16,769 bases of DNA, from positions 1-16,769 of the forward strand of contig JAWCLA010000011.1 in the NCBI GenBank assembly GCA_039091855.1. Reading direction: 5' to 3'. Source of the stretch: Candidatus Aenigmatarchaeota archaeon. GTDB lineage: Archaea; Aenigmatarchaeota; Aenigmatarchaeia; QMZP01. A program made the position numbers and the translations under genes. How positions within the stretch are numbered: position 1 is the stretch's first letter; the number at the start of each line of letters is the position of its first letter. Positions 14,436 through 16,769 of the stretch are shown here, one piece after another. The notes below the pieces were generated by a model. The model was not told the origin of the DNA, searched no databases, and worked only from the letters and a program-made list of their open reading frames with translations.

Positions 14436-15170
14436 TTAGTCGAGAAGCACGATTCCCTTGGCTGTTATGTCTATGCTGTGCCTACCACCATCTATTTTTG
14501 TTTTTCTCATCTTGGCGATAAGGATATTTCTTTGCATATGCTTGCCAACGCTCTCGGCCTCTAGCTTTATTATACCATCGACTATGAACTCTGCTATCCC
14601 GTAGCGGGAATATATAGTGTCTTGTGACTCTGATGTCAGGAGGGTTGTCAACCCCATGTCCTTAAAGGAGTCTATTGTTTTGTAAAGTGTCCTCCTGACT
14701 ATTGATTCCTGTCCTGGCATAAGGGATATCTTTTTCATTATTGCCCAGGAGGGAATGTCCTTTATTATGGACTGGAAGGTTGATGCAAAGATCTCTATTG
14801 ATGAAAGGGAATCTATAACAAGCCTTTTTGCATTGATTTTCTTTGCCTCAGTTTCTATTATTTTTAGTAATTCCGTTATGTCCTTTGTTTCCTTTATCCT
14901 TAATATAACCACCTTTCCTTCCTTTTCAAGCCTTTCAAAATCCATTCCAAGCTGCTTAACGGATTCTTTCAGTTCTGAAGGGCTGTTCTCAAAAGAAACA
15001 TAAAGGCCCGGCTCATTGTTAAGCGCTCCTGAATATATGTACTGAAGGCAGAATGTTGTCTTTCCTGTCCCAGGACCGCCAGAAACCAGTACAGTTGATC
15101 CCTTAGGGTATCCGCCTTCCATAAGCTTGTCTAGCTTTTGAATTCCTGTCTTTATCCTTTCAACAGGCAT
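14436..15170 (-). CDS. KaiC/RAD55-family single-domain ATPase
   Basis: RIKTGI..LD.L..GG.P, Walker A GGPGTGKT, Walker B LVIDS, EFIVDGII and KMR arginine finger. Confidence 0.94.
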   Translation of the reverse strand: MPVERIKTGIQKLDKLMEGGYPKGSTVLVSGGPGTGKTTFCLQYIYSGALNNEPGLYVSFENSPSELKESVKQLGMDFERLEKEGKVVILRIKETKDITELLKIIETEAKKINAKRLVIDSLSSIEIFASTFQSIIKDIPSWAIMKKISLMPGQESIVRRTLYKTIDSFKDMGLTTLLTSESQDTIYSRYGIAEFIVDGIIKLEAESVGKHMQRNILIAKMRKTKIDGGRHSIDITAKGIVLLD

Positions 15171-15280
15171 AATATCACATCATCCATATTGACGCAAAAT
15201 ATATTATTATTTGGGTTTTTAATTTAAATATCACCATTGATCACAGCCAAGTAGAATTCTTTATTTGAAATCGGAAAACC

Positions 15281-16645
15281 TTACTTCTTTTTTTCTGGTT
15301 TGGCCTTTTTCTCAGCAGTTTGTTGTGGCTTCACTTCCTGGCTCTCTATTTCCTCCTCTAGCTCGTCCTCAATCTCTTCTTTATCATCCTCTTTGGCATA
15401 TATTTTAACGCTTGTCTGTGCTCCTCTGAACCTTTTTGAAGCTGCAAATTTTGCCACAACGGTGCTGAAAATCACGGTGAGAATTATTGTAAAAACAACG
15501 CTGTTCAGGATTTTTTCAGCCTCTGCTCCATAGTTTGCAGCCACAAGTGCCCCTGCAACTATTGGAGCCATGGCAGCTGCATCTATTCCCCTCGGTGCAA
15601 CAAAAGACATCACAAAAAGCTCCTGCCTCGTGTAGCTCTTTCTTTCGCTGCCCAACAGAGGGACAAGGGTTATCGGCCTTATCATAACTATAGCTATGAA
15701 GAAAAGCAGGGAAAGTATAATCTCATTGATACCAAGGAAAAGCGTGACCTGCGCGCCAAGGAATGTGAACACGGCTATCCTCAGCATTTCTGAAAAATGG
15801 TCCTCAAACCTCTTTACCTCTTCCTTTTCCGGAAATGCCATATCACCGACTATCAATCCGCAAACAGCCACTGCAAGTATGCCTGAGCCTCCTACATATT
15901 CCGCGGCCGCAAAAGTAAGAAGTGAAATTGACAGCAAAAGAAGAACCGTGTACTCCTCGACCATTCTTCTCACAAGCTTGGCAAAGCCTATGCCTAAAAC
16001 TATTCCTGCACCCACCCCTGCAATGATCATTTCGACAAACTTTGAGAAGTAAAGCATAGGTTGTATCTGGGCTCCTGGCTGGAGAGCAAGGAAGTCAAGC
16101 AATATGAGCGGTATCAGTATGCAAATTGGCGAATTGAAAATGGCCTCGCTCTTTAAAATCGTGAGGGGCCTTTTGTAATCCTTAAGCACGGCATCAAAGG
16201 TGAAAATTATCGCGTCAGCCGTGCCGCTTAAAATGCCGCCCAGAAGGAAGGCAAAGACCCACTCAAGGCCAAATATGAAATGTGCTGCAGCCCCTATAAG
16301 AATGGTATTGACAACAGCCGTTACGAAAGCTAGCTTTATTGCAACGCCTGATGACTTTTTGAACACCCTGAAGCCAACATTAAACATACCCGTAAACACT
16401 ATCAATACAAGGGCAAGCGTCCTGAGGAAATCAGGAACATTTCCCATCTCACCTATGTTTATCGGCTCTATCTTTACATACTGGGCAATAGCAGGGTTTC
16501 CCAGCACGGTGGGCCCAAGTATCAGGCCCAGCAATATAAGGAAAACCGTGTCTGGGAAATTCCTTTTCTTGAAAACATTTGCTATCAAAACCCCAAGCCC
16601 CAGAAGTATTGCAAAATATGTTATGGTTGTTATCACATCAGACAT
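15281..16645 (-). CDS. CPA1/NhaP-family cation:proton antiporter homologue with altered ion-binding motifs
   Basis: About 12-13 TM helices; LILLGLILGP, SE.IFN.P, GGSGILAV, F.FLG and PRG motifs; charged C-terminal tail. Confidence 0.88.
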   Translation of the reverse strand: MSDVITTITYFAILLGLGVLIANVFKKRNFPDTVFLILLGLILGPTVLGNPAIAQYVKIEPINIGEMGNVPDFLRTLALVLIVFTGMFNVGFRVFKKSSGVAIKLAFVTAVVNTILIGAAAHFIFGLEWVFAFLLGGILSGTADAIIFTFDAVLKDYKRPLTILKSEAIFNSPICILIPLILLDFLALQPGAQIQPMLYFSKFVEMIIAGVGAGIVLGIGFAKLVRRMVEEYTVLLLLSISLLTFAAAEYVGGSGILAVAVCGLIVGDMAFPEKEEVKRFEDHFSEMLRIAVFTFLGAQVTLFLGINEIILSLLFFIAIVMIRPITLVPLLGSERKSYTRQELFVMSFVAPRGIDAAAMAPIVAGALVAANYGAEAEKILNSVVFTIILTVIFSTVVAKFAASKRFRGAQTSVKIYAKEDDKEEIEDELEEEIESQEVKPQQTAEKKAKPEKKK

Positions 16646-16723
16646 AATTATAATTATTAAGGATGCTTTTATTTATTTAATTGTTATTTTGGCCCTTCCA
16701 ATATAATTCTGGAAAACCATAAA

Positions 16724-16763
16724 TATTAGACTAGAGGTGATTCATATGCACTCTAGTCTAATA
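16724..16763. repeat. 13-bp perfect inverted repeat covering an SD and ATG
   Basis: TATTAGACTAGAG (16724-16736) and CTCTAGTCTAATA (16751-16763) are exact reverse complements. Confidence 0.75.
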
Positions 16764-16769
16764 GGCTGC
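16746..16769 (+). CDS. Possible start of a gene running out of the window (MHSSLIGC...)
   Basis: SD GAGGTGA lies 5 nt upstream of ATG 16746 and the frame is open to the window end. Only 8 codons are visible. Confidence 0.35.

Noticed and set aside
14436-15170. Circadian clock interpretation of the KaiC-like gene
   Set aside because: Single domain, no ST phosphosites and no KaiA/KaiB; such ATPases are widespread in archaea.
1030-16706. Antisense and alternate-frame ORFs (e.g. 1030-1620, 3240-3482, 3467-3805, 4623-5183, 8044-8409, 15696-16052, 16200-16706)
   Set aside because: They are shadows of well-supported genes, often Ser/Phe/Leu-rich mirror translations of Glu/Lys-rich sequence, with no motifs.

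Overview
Archaeal chromosomal window, inferred to be DPANN-like from its TATA/leaderless promoters, GGAGGTG Shine-Dalgarno (SD) sites, scattered ribosomal-protein genes and divergent proteins. Most of it is housekeeping or small accessory genes: two GNATs, an atypical histone-fold protein, a site-2 protease, eS6, two Cys-rich microproteins (one missing from the ORF track), an RPA32-like protein, Rad50, an HxlR regulator with a palindromic operator, uS12-uS7, an orphan MbhI-MbhJ hydrogenase pair, an MBL hydrolase, a MazG-like/phosphohistidine-domain fusion, a membrane-anchored wHTH and a CPA1 antiporter. The best candidate for an undescribed system is 11245-15170: UbiA prenyltransferase, geranylgeranyl-reductase-like flavoprotein and tandem-V4R protein, facing a KaiC-like ATPase. 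Most of it is an AT-rich segment whose right edge falls inside the V4R gene. Other notable points are the degenerate MazG-PEP-swivel fusion, uS12 with altered decoding-loop motifs, structured leaders before uS12 and eS6, and an antiporter lacking its ion-binding Asp. No rRNA, tRNA, CRISPR array or transposase was seen. All family calls come from motif recognition by eye, with no database search.
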